A DNA stretch of 64,000 nucleotides from an uncultured delta proteobacterium (GCA_963745025.1 CAVUWD010000011.1:544001-608000); one strand, 5' to 3'; shown: positions 52,010 through 62,012, counted from the first letter of the stretch. The notes: a model not told the origin generated them from the letters alone. Program-made: numbers and translations.

Positions 52010-54064
52010 TCAAGCCAAATGGAGCGCGGAGACGATGAGATCGATCGCCTTGATGCCGATGAACGGCACGATGATGCCGCCGACGCCGTAGACGAGCAGG
52101 TTTCGCCGCAAGATCGCCGCCGCGCCCACCGGACGGAATTTCACGCCGCGGAGCGCGAGCGGGATCAGCGCGATGATGATGAGCGCGTTGAAGATGATCG
52201 CCGAGAGGATCGCGCTTCGCGGCGTCGCGAGGCCCATGATGTTGAGCGCGTTCAGCTCGGGATAGGTGGCGGCGAACATCGCCGGGATGATCGCGAAGTA
52301 TTTGGCCACGTCGTTGGCGATGGAGAACGTGGTGAGCGAGCCGCGCGTGATCAGCAGCTGTTTGCCGATCTCGACGATCTCGATGAGCTTGGTCGGATTC
52401 GAATCGAGATCGACCATGTTGCCGGCCTCCTTGGCGGCGGAGGTGCCGGTGTTCATCGCCACGCCGACATCGGCCTGGGCGAGCGCCGGCGCGTCGTTGG
52501 TGCCGTCGCCGCACATCGCCACCAGCTTGCCCTTCGCCTGCTCCTCGCGGATCAGTGCCAGCTTGTTCTCGGGCGTGGCCTGGGCGAGGAAGTCGTCGAC
52601 GCCGGACTCGGCAGCGATCGCCGCGGCGGTGAGCGGGTTGTCGCCGGTGATCATCACCGTGCGGATACCCATCGTCCGGAGCTCCGCGAAGCGCTCCTTG
52701 ATCCCGCCCTTGACGACGTCCTTGAGGTGGATGACGCCGAGCAGCTTCTGGTCCTTGGCGACCACGAGCGGCGTGCCGCCCGAGCGGGCGATCCGCTCGA
52801 CGATCGTCTTGAGCTCCGGCGGAGGCTGGAAGGTCCGGCCGTTCTTGCTCTTGGCGAACTCGATGATCGCGTCGACCGCACCCTTGCGGACCTCGGTGCC
52901 GTCCAGATTGACGCCGCTCATGCGGGTCTGAGCCGTGAACGGCACGAAGTGGCCGCCGAGCTCGTGGACGTCGCGGCCGCGGAGCCCATAGCGCTCCTTG
53001 GCGAGCACGACGATCGAGCGGCCTTCCGGCGTCTCGTCAGAGAGCGAGGCCAGCTGCGCGGCGTCGGCGAGGTCCTCGTCCTTCACACCGGGAAGGGGCA
53101 GGAACTCGCTCGCCATGCGGTTGCCGAGCGTGATGGTGCCGGTCTTGTCGAGGAGCAGCGTGTCCACGTCGCCAGCGGCCTCCACCGCGCGGCCCGACAT
53201 GGCAAGCACGTTGTGCTGCACCAGCCGGTCCATGCCGGCGATGCCGATGGCCGAAAGCAGACCGCCGATCGTGGTCGGGATGAGCGTGACGAACAGAGCG
53301 ATCAGGATCGCCACCGAGATGGGCGTCCCGGCGTAGAGGCCGAACATCTCGATCGACACCGTGACGAACACGAAGATGATCGTCATGCCGACCAGCAGGA
53401 TCGACAGCGCGATCTCGTTCGGGGTCTTCTGCCGCTTGGCGCCCTCGACGAGCGCGATCATGCGGTCGAGGAACGTCTCGCCCGGATTCGATGTGATCCG
53501 CACCTTGATCCAGTCGGAGAGCACGCGCGTGCCGCCGGTGACGGCCGAGCGGTCGCCGCCGCTTTCGCGGATCACCGGCGCCGACTCGCCGGTGATGGCC
53601 GACTCGTCGACCGAGGCGATGCCTTCGATCACGTCGCCGTCACCGGGGATGACCTCACCTGCGACGACCAGCACGATGTCGCCGCGGCGCAGCTGTGTGG
53701 CGGGGACCCGCTCCCCGTGCTCGTCGGCCGCCTGGCGCAGGCGCATGGCGATCGTTTCGGTGCGGGTTCTTCGCAGCGTGTCCGCCTGGGCCTTGCCACG
53801 CCCCTCGGCGATCGCCTCGGCGAAGTTGGCGAACAGCACAGTGAACCACAGCCAGGCGCTGAGCTGGCCGGTAAAGGCCGCGTGGCCCAGCGCGCCGCTG
53901 AAAAGATCGCGGAAGAAGATCAATGCAGTCGCGGCGGAGACGATCTCGACCACGAACATGACGGGGTTGCGCATCAGTGTTCGCGGGTCGAGCTTGTAGA
54001 ACGAGTCGAGAATCGCCGGACGAAGCAGCGCCGGGTCGAAGATCGAGGACTTGGCTCTGGACAT
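52010..54064 (-). CDS. kdpB: K+-transporting ATPase subunit B
   Basis: [35 protein letters not shown]. Confidence 0.98.
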   Translation of the reverse strand: MSRAKSSIFDPALLRPAILDSFYKLDPRTLMRNPVMFVVEIVSAATALIFFRDLFSGALGHAAFTGQLSAWLWFTVLFANFAEAIAEGRGKAQADTLRRTRTETIAMRLRQAADEHGERVPATQLRRGDIVLVVAGEVIPGDGDVIEGIASVDESAITGESAPVIRESGGDRSAVTGGTRVLSDWIKVRITSNPGETFLDRMIALVEGAKRQKTPNEIALSILLVGMTIIFVFVTVSIEMFGLYAGTPISVAILIALFVTLIPTTIGGLLSAIGIAGMDRLVQHNVLAMSGRAVEAAGDVDTLLLDKTGTITLGNRMASEFLPLPGVKDEDLADAAQLASLSDETPEGRSIVVLAKERYGLRGRDVHELGGHFVPFTAQTRMSGVNLDGTEVRKGAVDAIIEFAKSKNGRTFQPPPELKTIVERIARSGGTPLVVAKDQKLLGVIHLKDVVKGGIKERFAELRTMGIRTVMITGDNPLTAAAIAAESGVDDFLAQATPENKLALIREEQAKGKLVAMCGDGTNDAPALAQADVGVAMNTGTSAAKEAGNMVDLDSNPTKLIEIVEIGKQLLITRGSLTTFSIANDVAKYFAIIPAMFAATYPELNALNIMGLATPRSAILSAIIFNALIIIALIPLALRGVKFRPVGAAAILRRNLLVYGVGGIIVPFIGIKAIDLIVSALHLA

Positions 54065-54077
54065 GGACGTAGAACCT

Positions 54078-55793
54078 CTAGAGAGCTTTGCCGGCCGTCA
54101 TGTAGAGATGGTCGACGATCGGACCGAGCGAGAGCGCTGGGAAGAAGGTGAGCCCGCCGACGATGAGGATGACACCGACGAGCAGCGCGACGAACAGCGG
54201 CGTGTTGGTCGGGAAGGTCCCGCTCGAGGGTGGCACGAGCTTCTTCTTCACCAGCGAGCCGGCGATGGCGATCGTCGGCACGATCATCAGGAAGCGGCCG
54301 AACAGCATCGCCAGACCGCCCGTCAGGTTGTAGAAGACAGTGTTCGCAGAGATTCCCGCAAAGGCGCTGCCGTTGTTGCCGGTGCTCGAGGAGTACATGT
54401 AGAGGATCTCGCTGAAGCCGTGTGGCCCCTTGTTGAGCGGACCGGCGAGACCGGAGGGCGAGACGCTCGCGAGCGCGGTGAAGCCGAGGATCGAGAACTC
54501 GAGGATGAGGATGGCCAGGACGGCCATCTTCACCTCCTTCGCCTCGATCTTCTTGCCGAGGTACTCCGGCGTACGTCCGACCATCAGGCCGGCGATGAAG
54601 ACCGCAGAGCATGGCGAAGAGGAGCATGCCGTAGAGACCGGCGCCCGCGCCGCCGATCACGATCTCGCCGAGCTGGATGTTGAGCAGCGGAATCAATCCG
54701 CCGAGCGGAGTGAAGCTGTCGTGCATGCTGTTGACGGCTCCGCAGGAGGTGTCGGTGGTCACCGCCGCCCACAGGGCGGACTTGGCGATACCGAAGCGGA
54801 CCTCCTTGCCCTCCATGTTGCCGCCGCTGCGGGATCGATGCCGAGACGGGCGAACGCGGGATTGCCCGCCGCTTCGGACCAGTACGCGATGAAGACGCCG
54901 GTCGAGCAGGATCGCCAGCATCGCGCCGAGGAGCGCCCAGCCCTGGCGGGTGTCGCGTACCATGACGCCGAAGGTGTAGGTGAGCGCCGCGCTCACCAGC
55001 GAGGATCGCGAACATCTCGAGGTGATTCGTCAGCGGCGTCGGGTTCTCATAGGGGTGGGCGGAGTTGGCATTGAAGAAGCCGCCGCCGTTGGTGCCGAGC
55101 TCCTTGATGATCTCCTGCGAAGCGACCGGGTCCTTGCGCGATCGTCTGGTCCGCGCCCTCGACCGTCTTGACGGCCGTATAGGCGTTCAGGTTCTGCGGC
55201 ACTCCCTGCCAGACCAACACCGGAGTCAGGAGCACGCAGATCGGCAGCAGCACCCAGAGCGTGCAGCGGGTCAGGTCCACCCAGAAGTTGCCGATCGTCT
55301 TCCCCTCATGGCGCGCGAAACCGCGCACCAGCGCGATGGCGAGCGCGATCCCCGTGGCCGCCGACACGAAGTTGTGGAACGCGAGCCCGGCCATCTGCGT
55401 GAAGTAGCTCATCGTCGACTCGGGGACGTACGACTGCCAGTTGGTGTTGGTGGTGAAGCTCACTGCCGTGTTGAAGGACGAGTCCGCCGAGATCGGTCCG
55501 AGTCCCTGCGGATTGAACGGCAGGAGGTGCTGGACCCGCTGCATCAGGTAGAGCAGCAACAAGCCAGCGACGTTGAAGAGCAACATCGCGATCGTGTAGG
55601 TCGTCCAGTGCTGCTCGACGTCGGGGCGCACGCCGCTCAGCCGGTAGATCAACCGCTCGATCGGCGCGAGCACTGGATCGAGGAAGGTGCGCTCGCGCGC
55701 GAACACCCGTGCCATGTACAGCCCGAGCGGCTTCACGCAGGCCAGTACGAGGCCGAAGAGGATCAGTATCTGCAGAATGCCATTCGCAGTCAT
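54078..55793 (-). CDS. kdpA: K+-transporting ATPase subunit A (several frameshifts between 54590 and 55140)
   Basis: [48 protein letters not shown]. Confidence 0.94.
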
Positions 55794-55806
55794 GAGAATT
55801 GGGCCT

Positions 55807-55896
55807 CTAGAATTTCTCGGGATTCAAAAGGACGTAGAAGAGGTAAAGCAATATCCCGACGGCAACCGTACCGCCGAGCCAAAATTCGAGAGTCAT
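55807..55896 (-). CDS. kdpF: K+-transporting ATPase subunit F
   Basis: Hand-translated: [29 protein letters not shown] (YLxxxLLxPEKF signature). Confidence 0.9.
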   Translation of the reverse strand: MTLEFWLGGTVAVGILLYLFYVLLNPEKF

Positions 55897-55900
55897 GGCG

Positions 55901-55981
55901 TCACAACCTTTCGCAGCCTTCGACGTAGGCAATCGCTCCGGCGAAGAAGCCGATAACCACGACCAAGAAGAGGATGTCCAT
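55901..55981 (-). CDS. 26-aa hydrophobic peptide upstream of kdpF
   Basis: MDILFLVVVIGFFAGAIAYVEGCERL*, single TM ending in CERL; first ORF after the promoter. Confidence 0.75.
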   Translation of the reverse strand: MDILFLVVVIGFFAGAIAYVEGCERL

Positions 55982-56029
55982 AATCAACCTGTCCCCCTTG
56001 CGACACGAATACCTTCGGCAGATCACTTG

Positions 56030-56134
56030 AGCAGGCTTCGTGCCAGCCCGACTCGACACGTCATCAAAGAGCTTTTCTCGGCTTCCCCCAAGTGTTTCTT
56101 GCAAATCGAAGGAACTCGATCCTTCACAATGAAA
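56030..56134 (-). promoter_or_regulatory. Sigma54 promoter plus upstream activator sites for kdpFABC
   Basis: TGGCACG-AAGC-CTGCT at 56030-56045; CTTGCAAATCGAAGG at 56098-56112; CTTCACAATGAAA at 56122-56134. Confidence 0.72.
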
Positions 56135-56187
56135 TGAGGAATTCTCCCCTCTGGGAAATCGCGAGAGGCCTTCTCGGACTACCTATC

Positions 56188-56680
56188 GTGAGGAAGCGCC
56201 GCTTTTTCATTCTCTTATGTCTCCTTGGTCTGGCGTCCCTTTACGCCGGCCTGCACGTTCTCGTTGTGGGACGTGCCGTCCCAAGGCATCCCCTCACCGG
56301 GCGGCAGATTGCGGGCATTGCGACGGACGCCAATTTGATGGACCGGCCCGAGCGCGAAATGGATGAAGAACCTGACCGTGCGCTGCAACTCATTGCGGTC
56401 ACTCCCGGGATGGTTGTCGCAGATGTCGGTGCGGGCTCGGGATACACGACCGTGCGGCTGGCTCGACCCGTGGGCCCCACCGGAAAGATATACGCAAACG
56501 ATCTACAGCCAGCGAGCTGTAGATCATTCGGGACAAGGCTTGCGAACAGGGGTTGTCGAACGTCGAGATCGTGCCAGGCATTGAGGACGATGTGCGCCTT
56601 CCAGAAGGTGCGATCGATCTCGCGTTGCTCGCTGACGTCTATCATGAGCTGAGCCATCCACGCAGTAGATGTCCGTCTTG
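56188..56680 (+). pseudogene. Class I SAM methyltransferase, frameshifted and truncated
   Basis: VADVGAGSGY, YANDLQ / frameshift and stop / GLSNVEIV..DVYHELSHP, then similarity ends. Confidence 0.75.
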
Positions 56681-56708
56681 AACGGTTCGCCCTGAAACCG
56701 CTCACACA

Positions 56709-56813
56709 CCTTTCGATCTGCAAGCCTTCCTTCGTTTTGGGGGAAGGCGACGGCAGCTGCGAAAGCGGAGACCCAAGAAAGTTCTCGAGAATCTCTCTGG
56801 CACGGTCCGTGCG
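56709..56813 (+). promoter_or_regulatory. Activator sites plus sigma54 promoter for the divergent operon
   Basis: Reverse complement of the porin upstream block at 56709-56747; TGGCACG-GTCC-GTGCG at 56798-56813. Confidence 0.72.
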
Positions 56814-56836
56814 TCGATCTGGATCGAGCTCGTACC

Positions 56837-57181
56837 ATGCAGGCTGCCTCCCACACTCGTTTCGCGCCGGCTCCGGAACCAGAGCTGCCGCGGAACACCC
56901 TGCGGGGGTTTCTGGTCGCACAGTGCGCGTTCGAGCGGGCGCAACGACTCCGGCACGGTCTGCTGCTGCTCCTCGCGCCGGCGAGCGCGATCGTTTGGGC
57001 GTTGGCGATGTGGCCCGGTCTTTTACCGGCTCGCCTCGGCTCGGTCCTGCTCGGTGGCTGGTGGCTGCTCTTCGCGGCGGCCCTGTATGCCGGCTTCGCC
57101 GAACGACTGTGGCTCAGGCGCTCGCGGCAAGCGAGCAAAAATCTCGCGGCAGCCGGCGCAGGACAAGGAGATCAACGATGA
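56837..57181 (+). CDS. Small two-TM membrane protein
   Basis: Two hydrophobic segments; first ORF after the sigma54 promoter; stop overlaps the P-II start. Confidence 0.65.
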   Translation: MQAASHTRFAPAPEPELPRNTLRGFLVAQCAFERAQRLRHGLLLLLAPASAIVWALAMWPGLLPARLGSVLLGGWWLLFAAALYAGFAERLWLRRSRQASKNLAAAGAGQGDQR

Positions 57182-57310
57182 AGAAGCTCGAGGCCATCAT
57201 TCGGCCCGTCCAGCTCGGTGACGTGAAGGACGCCCTTGCCAGGGAGGGCGTCGGGGCGATGACGATCTCGGACGTGAGGGGCTCCGCTTCCGGCGAAGCG
57301 CGCGCCGACG
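57178..57310 (+). pseudogene. Truncated P-II copy (first ~44 codons)
   Basis: MKKLEAIIRPVQLGDVKDAL..SDVRGSASGEARA, then fused to unrelated sequence. Confidence 0.8.
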
Positions 57311-57313
57311 GCC

Positions 57314-57517
57314 CCAAATCTCAGCCTCACGGTTGCCGGCACGTCGCGCGCGGAGGTCTTGGCCGGGGTGAACATGCCGATGCTCATCAAGACAGCGACC
57401 GCCCGCGGGACCATGGGACTCCGCGAGCTTGCGGGCATCACTTGCAGGTACGGGCGGGATCACATCTTCAGGGCGAGCGAAGGCAGCCGCTCGACCGACG
57501 GAGCCGTACGTCGATGA
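57314..57517 (+). pseudogene. C-terminal fragment of a PTS EIIA (mannose/fructose family)
   Basis: Hand-translated: PNLSLTVAGTSRAEVLAGVNMPMLIK..., EIIA-Man GVNxPML motif; stop overlaps the HPr ATG. Confidence 0.7.
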
Positions 57518-57780
57518 GCGAGCCGCGTACCCCGTCGTTGAAGGAGACGTTCGTGATCCAAAACCGTCTCGGGCTTCACGCCCGGACAGCCGCGCTCTTC
57601 GTGCAAGCGGTTGCGGGGCTCGACGCGGACGTGTTCGTCAGCAAGGACGACGAAACGGTGAACGGCAAGAGCATCATGGGCCTGATGATGCTGGGCGCCG
57701 GCATGGGCAGCTCGATCGACGTCGAAGCAAGCGGTCCGGCGGCCGAAGAGGCGCTCGCGAAGATCGGTGCGCTGATCTGA
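57514..57780 (+). CDS. ptsH: HPr family phosphocarrier protein
   Basis: NRLGLHAR (His15) and NGKSIMGLMML (Ser46); C-terminus may be clipped by a frameshift. Confidence 0.88.
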   Translation: MSEPRTPSLKETFVIQNRLGLHARTAALFVQAVAGLDADVFVSKDDETVNGKSIMGLMMLGAGMGSSIDVEASGPAAEEALAKIGALI

Positions 57781-57979
57781 ACCGCTTCACAGACCTTTCG
57801 ATCTGCAAGCCGTCCTTCTCGCCTCGGCTCGGTCCTGCTCGGTGGCTGGTGACTGCTCTTCGCGGCGGCCCTGTATGCCGGCTTCGCCGAACGGCTGTGG
57901 CTCAGGCGCTCGCGGCACGCGAGGAAAAATCTCACGGCAGCCAGAGCCGCGGAGGATAAGGAGGATAAGGAGATCAACG

Positions 57980-58318
57980 ATGAAGAAGCTCGAGGCCATC
58001 ATTCGGCCCGTCAAGCTCGGTGACGTGAAGGACGCCCTTGCCAAGGAAGGCGTCGAGGCGATGACGATCTCGGACGTGAAGGGCTCTGCTTCCGCCGAAG
58101 CGCGGGCCGAGCTTTACCGTGGCGCCGAGTACGTCGTCGATTTCCTACCGAAGGTCAAGATCGAGGTCGTGCTCAGCGATGATCTTGCCGAGCGCGCCGC
58201 CGAGATCATCCGGTCGAGTGCCCACACCGGCCAACGGGGCGACGGGAACGCTCTCTTGCTGCCCGTGGACGAGGCGATCCGCATCCGCACCGGCCAGCGC
58301 GGCGAGGAAGCGGTCTGA
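57980..58318 (+). CDS. P-II family nitrogen-regulatory-like protein (112 aa, non-canonical)
   Basis: [34 protein letters not shown]; AAGGAG RBS. Confidence 0.9.
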   Translation: MKKLEAIIRPVKLGDVKDALAKEGVEAMTISDVKGSASAEARAELYRGAEYVVDFLPKVKIEVVLSDDLAERAAEIIRSSAHTGQRGDGNALLLPVDEAIRIRTGQRGEEAV

Positions 58319-58479
58319 CCGTCCGTAGCCTTCAGCCAGGCGTTCGCGTCGGAAGACGTCAGCGGCACCGTCGCGACGAGAGAATTCGCGGAGAGGACAA
58401 CGCTGGAGTCGTCGTCCTTCCGTCGCTTCTCTGCGGAATCGCGTTCGTCTTTGGCCTGGTCCTTCATTGGGCGCGCCCA

Positions 58480-58848
58480 GTGAGCCTGCTCCCACCGTTG
58501 ATCAGCGTGCCGACGGGCCTCGTGACGTTACTGCTCGGCGGCTTCCTCGCCGTCTGGGCAAAGCGCGCGATGGAGCACGCGGGAACCAACGTGGACCCGC
58601 GATTCCCGGCGAAGGTCCTCGTGGTCACGGGGCCCTTCGCTTTCTCGCGGAATCCCCTCTACTTCGCGCGCACTCTCCTCTACGTAGGTCTCGCCCTCGC
58701 CATGAACACGGCGTGGCCGATAGTCACGCTTCTGCCCGTCCTCGGCATTATCCATTTCGGAGTGATCCCACGAGAGGAACGCTACCTCGAGGCGAGATTC
58801 GGCGACGCGTATCGTCGGTATCGTACCCGCGTCCGGCGCTGGGTGTAG
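58480..58848 (+). CDS. Isoprenylcysteine carboxyl methyltransferase/PEMT family protein
   Basis: GPFAFSRNPLY, REERYLEARFGDAY; similarity (DNAGVVVLP) extends to about 58394 with no start codon. Confidence 0.8.
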   Translation: MSLLPPLISVPTGLVTLLLGGFLAVWAKRAMEHAGTNVDPRFPAKVLVVTGPFAFSRNPLYFARTLLYVGLALAMNTAWPIVTLLPVLGIIHFGVIPREERYLEARFGDAYRRYRTRVRRWV

Positions 58849-58956
58849 CGCCGCCGAGCCACCGGCCCCTTCGGCTGGAGGAGTTCCGATCCACCCGCCC
58901 GCTCTTGTCTCGGTTGGAAAAACTGGCCAGATGCGTGCCGAGGGGAGATCCGCGCG

Positions 58957-59274
58957 ATGGATGGAATGGCCTGGTTCGTCTTCGTCGGCGCCGCGATCCT
59001 CGAAGTCGGAGGAGACGCGTTGATCCGTACCGGCTTGCGGGGCGACAAGCTCGCGCTCGTCATCGCGGGCTTCGCGGTGCTCGGCTCCTACGGCGTAGTG
59101 GTCAACACCCTGACTTGGGACTTCACCCGCTTGCTCGGCGTCTATGTCGCGGTGTTCGCCGTCACCAGCGCGCTCTTCGGGCGCTTCGTATTCCACGAGA
59201 GCGCGTCCACGGCGACCTGGCTTGGGCTCGCGCTGGTTCTCGTCGGAGCGGTGGTCATCCAGCTGGGAGAGTGA
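58957..59274 (+). CDS. Small 4-TM SMR/YnfA-like membrane protein
   Basis: AAILEVGGDALIR, LLGVYVAVF. Confidence 0.75.
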   Translation: MDGMAWFVFVGAAILEVGGDALIRTGLRGDKLALVIAGFAVLGSYGVVVNTLTWDFTRLLGVYVAVFAVTSALFGRFVFHESASTATWLGLALVLVGAVVIQLGE

Positions 59275-59280
59275 TCGCCG

Positions 59281-59382
59281 CTACTTCTCGATCGGCAGCC
59301 CCTTCTCCTTCCACGCGACGACGCCGCCAGCCAACGAGCGGACGTCGGTGAAGCCCATCTGCTGCAGGACGTCGGCAGCCAT
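59281..59382 (-). pseudogene. C-terminal fragment of a rhodanese-like domain
   Basis: MAADVLQQMGFTDVRSLAGGVVAWKEKGLPIEK; catalytic-Cys part absent. Confidence 0.65.
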
Positions 59383-59399
59383 GGTGCGCCGCGCCGCGC

Positions 59400-60332
59400 T
59401 TAGTCGGCCAGATCGGCGAACAGCGGCGTGCTCAGGTAGCGCTCGCCGAACGAGGGGATGATGACCACGATCTGCTTGCCGGCGCTCTCCTCGCGCCGGG
59501 CCACCTCGACAGCCGCCCAGATCGCCGCGCCCGACGAGATGCCGACCAGCAGGCCTTCCTCCTTGGCCGAGCGGCGGGCCATCGCGAACGCGTCCTCGTT
59601 CTTCACCCGGACGATCTCGTCGTAGATCTTCGTGTTCAGCACCTCGGGGACGAAGCCGGCGCCGATCCCCTGGATCGGGTGCGGTCCCCGCTGGCCGCCC
59701 GAGAGCACGGGCGAGGCATCCGGCTCGACGGCCACGCAGCGGAACGAGGGCTTGCGCGCCTTGAGGACCTCGCCGACGCCGGTGATGGTGCCGCCGGTGC
59801 CGACGCCGGCCACCAGGATATCGACCTGACCGTCGGTGTCGCGCCAGATCTCCTCGGCGGTCGTCTTGCGGTGGATCTCCGGGTTGGCGGGATTCTCGAA
59901 CTGCTGCGGGATGAAGTAGCGCGGGTCGCTGGCCGCCAGCTCCTCGGCCCTCTTGATGCATCCCGGCATCCCCTCGCTGCCCGGCGTGAGGATCAGCTCG
60001 GCGCCGTACGCGCGCAGCAGCATGCGGCGCTCTTTGCTCATCGTGTCCGGCATGATGAGCGTGCACCCGTAGCCGCGTGCCGCGCACACGAGGGCCAGGC
60101 CGATGCCCGTGTTGCCGCTGGTGGGCTCCAGGATGATCGTGTCCTTCGTGATCTTCCCCGCCCGCTCGGCCGCGTCGATCATCGACACCGCGATGCGGTC
60201 CTTCACGCTGTGGGCGGGGCTGTAGAACTCGAGCTTGGCGACGACCTCGGCGCGGGCCCCCGCCGTCACGCGCCGCAGCCGCACGAGCGGAGTGTTGCCG
60301 ACGAGCTTGGTGACGTCATCCGCGATCCTCAT
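59400..60332 (-). CDS. cysK: Cysteine synthase A
   Basis: VGNTPLV, SVKDRIA (PLP Lys), [32 protein letters not shown]. Confidence 0.96.
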   Translation of the reverse strand: MRIADDVTKLVGNTPLVRLRRVTAGARAEVVAKLEFYSPAHSVKDRIAVSMIDAAERAGKITKDTIILEPTSGNTGIGLALVCAARGYGCTLIMPDTMSKERRMLLRAYGAELILTPGSEGMPGCIKRAEELAASDPRYFIPQQFENPANPEIHRKTTAEEIWRDTDGQVDILVAGVGTGGTITGVGEVLKARKPSFRCVAVEPDASPVLSGGQRGPHPIQGIGAGFVPEVLNTKIYDEIVRVKNEDAFAMARRSAKEEGLLVGISSGAAIWAAVEVARREESAGKQIVVIIPSFGERYLSTPLFADLAD

Positions 60333-60354
60333 GAGCCGGTGGTCGGTCCTCGGA

Positions 60355-60516
60355 TCAGGTGTCGCCGGAGAAGTCGCACCACTTGGTCTTGCCGATGCTC
60401 GTGGCTCCGCCGATGATCTTCTCGAGGTCTTTCTTCGTGAGTCCGAGATCCGTCTTGAGCGTCTTGCTCAGGTTGGCGGCCTTCGCCTTCTGGGCAGGCT
60501 TCGACCGTTTCGTCAT
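60355..60516 (-). CDS. 53-aa double-glycine-leader (bacteriocin/RiPP-type) precursor-like peptide
   Basis: Hand-translated: [37 protein letters not shown]|[16 protein letters not shown]; GAGGAG RBS; host-like codon usage. Confidence 0.72.
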   Translation of the reverse strand: MTKRSKPAQKAKAANLSKTLKTDLGLTKKDLEKIIGGATSIGKTKWCDFSGDT

Positions 60517-60551
60517 GATCGTCTCCTCGACAGAACGGTGGAACGCGACGA

Positions 60552-60581
60552 AGCCTAGTGACCGCCGCGATCCGGTGTCAA
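60552..60581 (-). promoter_or_regulatory. Sigma70-type promoter for the peptide-cysK unit
   Basis: TTGACA-18 nt-TAGGCT. Confidence 0.6.
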
Positions 60582-60616
60582 GCCGAGGTCACAGCCGAGG
60601 TCACAGCCGAGGTCAC
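60581..60616 (+). repeat. Perfect 12-bp tandem repeat AGCCGAGGTCAC x3
   Basis: Read directly; abuts the -35 element. Confidence 0.9.
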
Positions 60617-60794
60617 AACCTGTAGGCCTGGCGCCCCTTGCTCTTCGCTGACGAGGATCAACTCGCCACGACCACCCGCGATCCGGTGGTCCCCGCCAAG
60701 CGCTACCAGTTCCATTTTACTACTTCCAGCGGCTATCTTCCGTAGAAGTGTCCGCATTTCGCCTCGGAAGTGATCCTCCGTGAAGGCGCCGCCG

Positions 60795-62012
60795 ATGCCT
60801 CGCTCCCGCCTGATTCCGATCGCCGGCCTCTTGCTCGCTCTCGCGCTTCGCCTCGCCTTCTCGCTCGGCTACTGGGTCGGAAAACCGCTCACCCACGACG
60901 AGCAGGAGTACTGGACGCTTTCACGGAACCTCGCCGCCGGCCGCGGCCTCGTCTACGATGACGACGGCCACGAGCATTTCGGTCGCGCCCCCGGCTATGC
61001 GGTGTTTCTCGCCGGGGTCCGTTCGATCGACGATTCGATCACCGCCGTGAAGGTTGCGCAGAGCGTGCTCGGGGCGCTCGGAGTCGGCGTCATCGCAATG
61101 CTCGCGGCGCGCGCCGCCGGACCGCGAGCCGCGGCCGTGGCAACCGCGATCGCGGCCGTCTATCCGCCGCTCGTGTGGATGCCCGCGTACCTCCTGAGCG
61201 AGACCCTCTACTCGCTGCTCGCGCTTTTCTCCACCGTTCTCTTATGGAAGGCGCTCGACCGGCCGACGTCAGGCAGGTTTTTCGGGGCCGGCATCGTGAT
61301 CGGTCTCACGGCGCTAGTCCGTCCCGTGGCGATCCCGTTTCTAGCGCTCGTGGTGCTCGTGCTCGGCCTCCGCCGCCGCTTTGCTCCGGCAGCCGCGCTG
61401 GTCCTCGGCGCGGCGATCACGATCGGTCCGTGGGCCGCCTGGAAGACGCAGGAGAGCGGACGGATGATCCTCATCGCCTCCGAGGGGGGCATCACGTTCT
61501 GGACCGGAAATCATCCGCTCGCGATCGGCGAAGGCGACATGGCGGCGAATCCCGCGATCAAGGCTGCGAACCACGAGCTTCGCGCGTCACACCCGGGCCT
61601 CTCGCCCGATGAGCTCGAGCCGGTGTACTACCGCGAGGCGCTCGCGTTCATCCGCGCCGATCCGCTCCGGTTCCTCGCGCTCCTGTCGCGGAAGCTCTTC
61701 TACCTCTGGGTTCCGATCGGGCCTTCCTACAGGCTCCATTCCGCGCTCTATCTCTATTCGGCGCGGACAGCGTACCTGGTACTGCTGCCGTTCGCCGTCT
61801 TCGGCTTCGCACGCCTGGCCCGCTCGCGCGCGCAGCCGCTGCCGCTCTGGCTTCTCGCCGGCTCGGCCGTGCTCGCGTGCCTCGTCTTCTTCCCTCAGGA
61901 CCGCTATCGCGTCCCCGCGATCGACCCGGTGATGATCGTTTGCGCCGCGTGTCTCGCATCGGGATCGGAGGATTCGAGCCGCCGGCCGCCGATCCGTCAG
62001 TCGAAGTCGTGA
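60795..62012 (+). CDS. GT-C membrane glycosyltransferase (ArnT/PMT-like)
   Basis: THDEQEY loop, RAPGY, LLSETLY, many TM helices, DRYRVP. Confidence 0.82.
   Translation: MPRSRLIPIAGLLLALALRLAFSLGYWVGKPLTHDEQEYWTLSRNLAAGRGLVYDDDGHEHFGRAPGYAVFLAGVRSIDDSITAVKVAQSVLGALGVGVIAMLAARAAGPRAAAVATAIAAVYPPLVWMPAYLLSETLYSLLALFSTVLLWKALDRPTSGRFFGAGIVIGLTALVRPVAIPFLALVVLVLGLRRRFAPAAALVLGAAITIGPWAAWKTQESGRMILIASEGGITFWTGNHPLAIGEGDMAANPAIKAANHELRASHPGLSPDELEPVYYREALAFIRADPLRFLALLSRKLFYLWVPIGPSYRLHSALYLYSARTAYLVLLPFAVFGFARLARSRAQPLPLWLLAGSAVLACLVFFPQDRYRVPAIDPVMIVCAACLASGSEDSSRRPPIRQSKS

Larger units (their letters stand above)
57030..58107 (+). repeat. Direct duplication: 57030-57307 repeated at about 57818-58107; 56692-56732 repeated at 57777-57818
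   Basis: Near-identical sequence with scattered substitutions, seen directly. Confidence 0.85.

Noticed and set aside
54590-55140. Programmed frameshifting or true pseudogenisation of kdpA
   Set aside because: Multiple scattered indels without slippery-site logic, with the rest of the operon intact; sequencing error is more parsimonious
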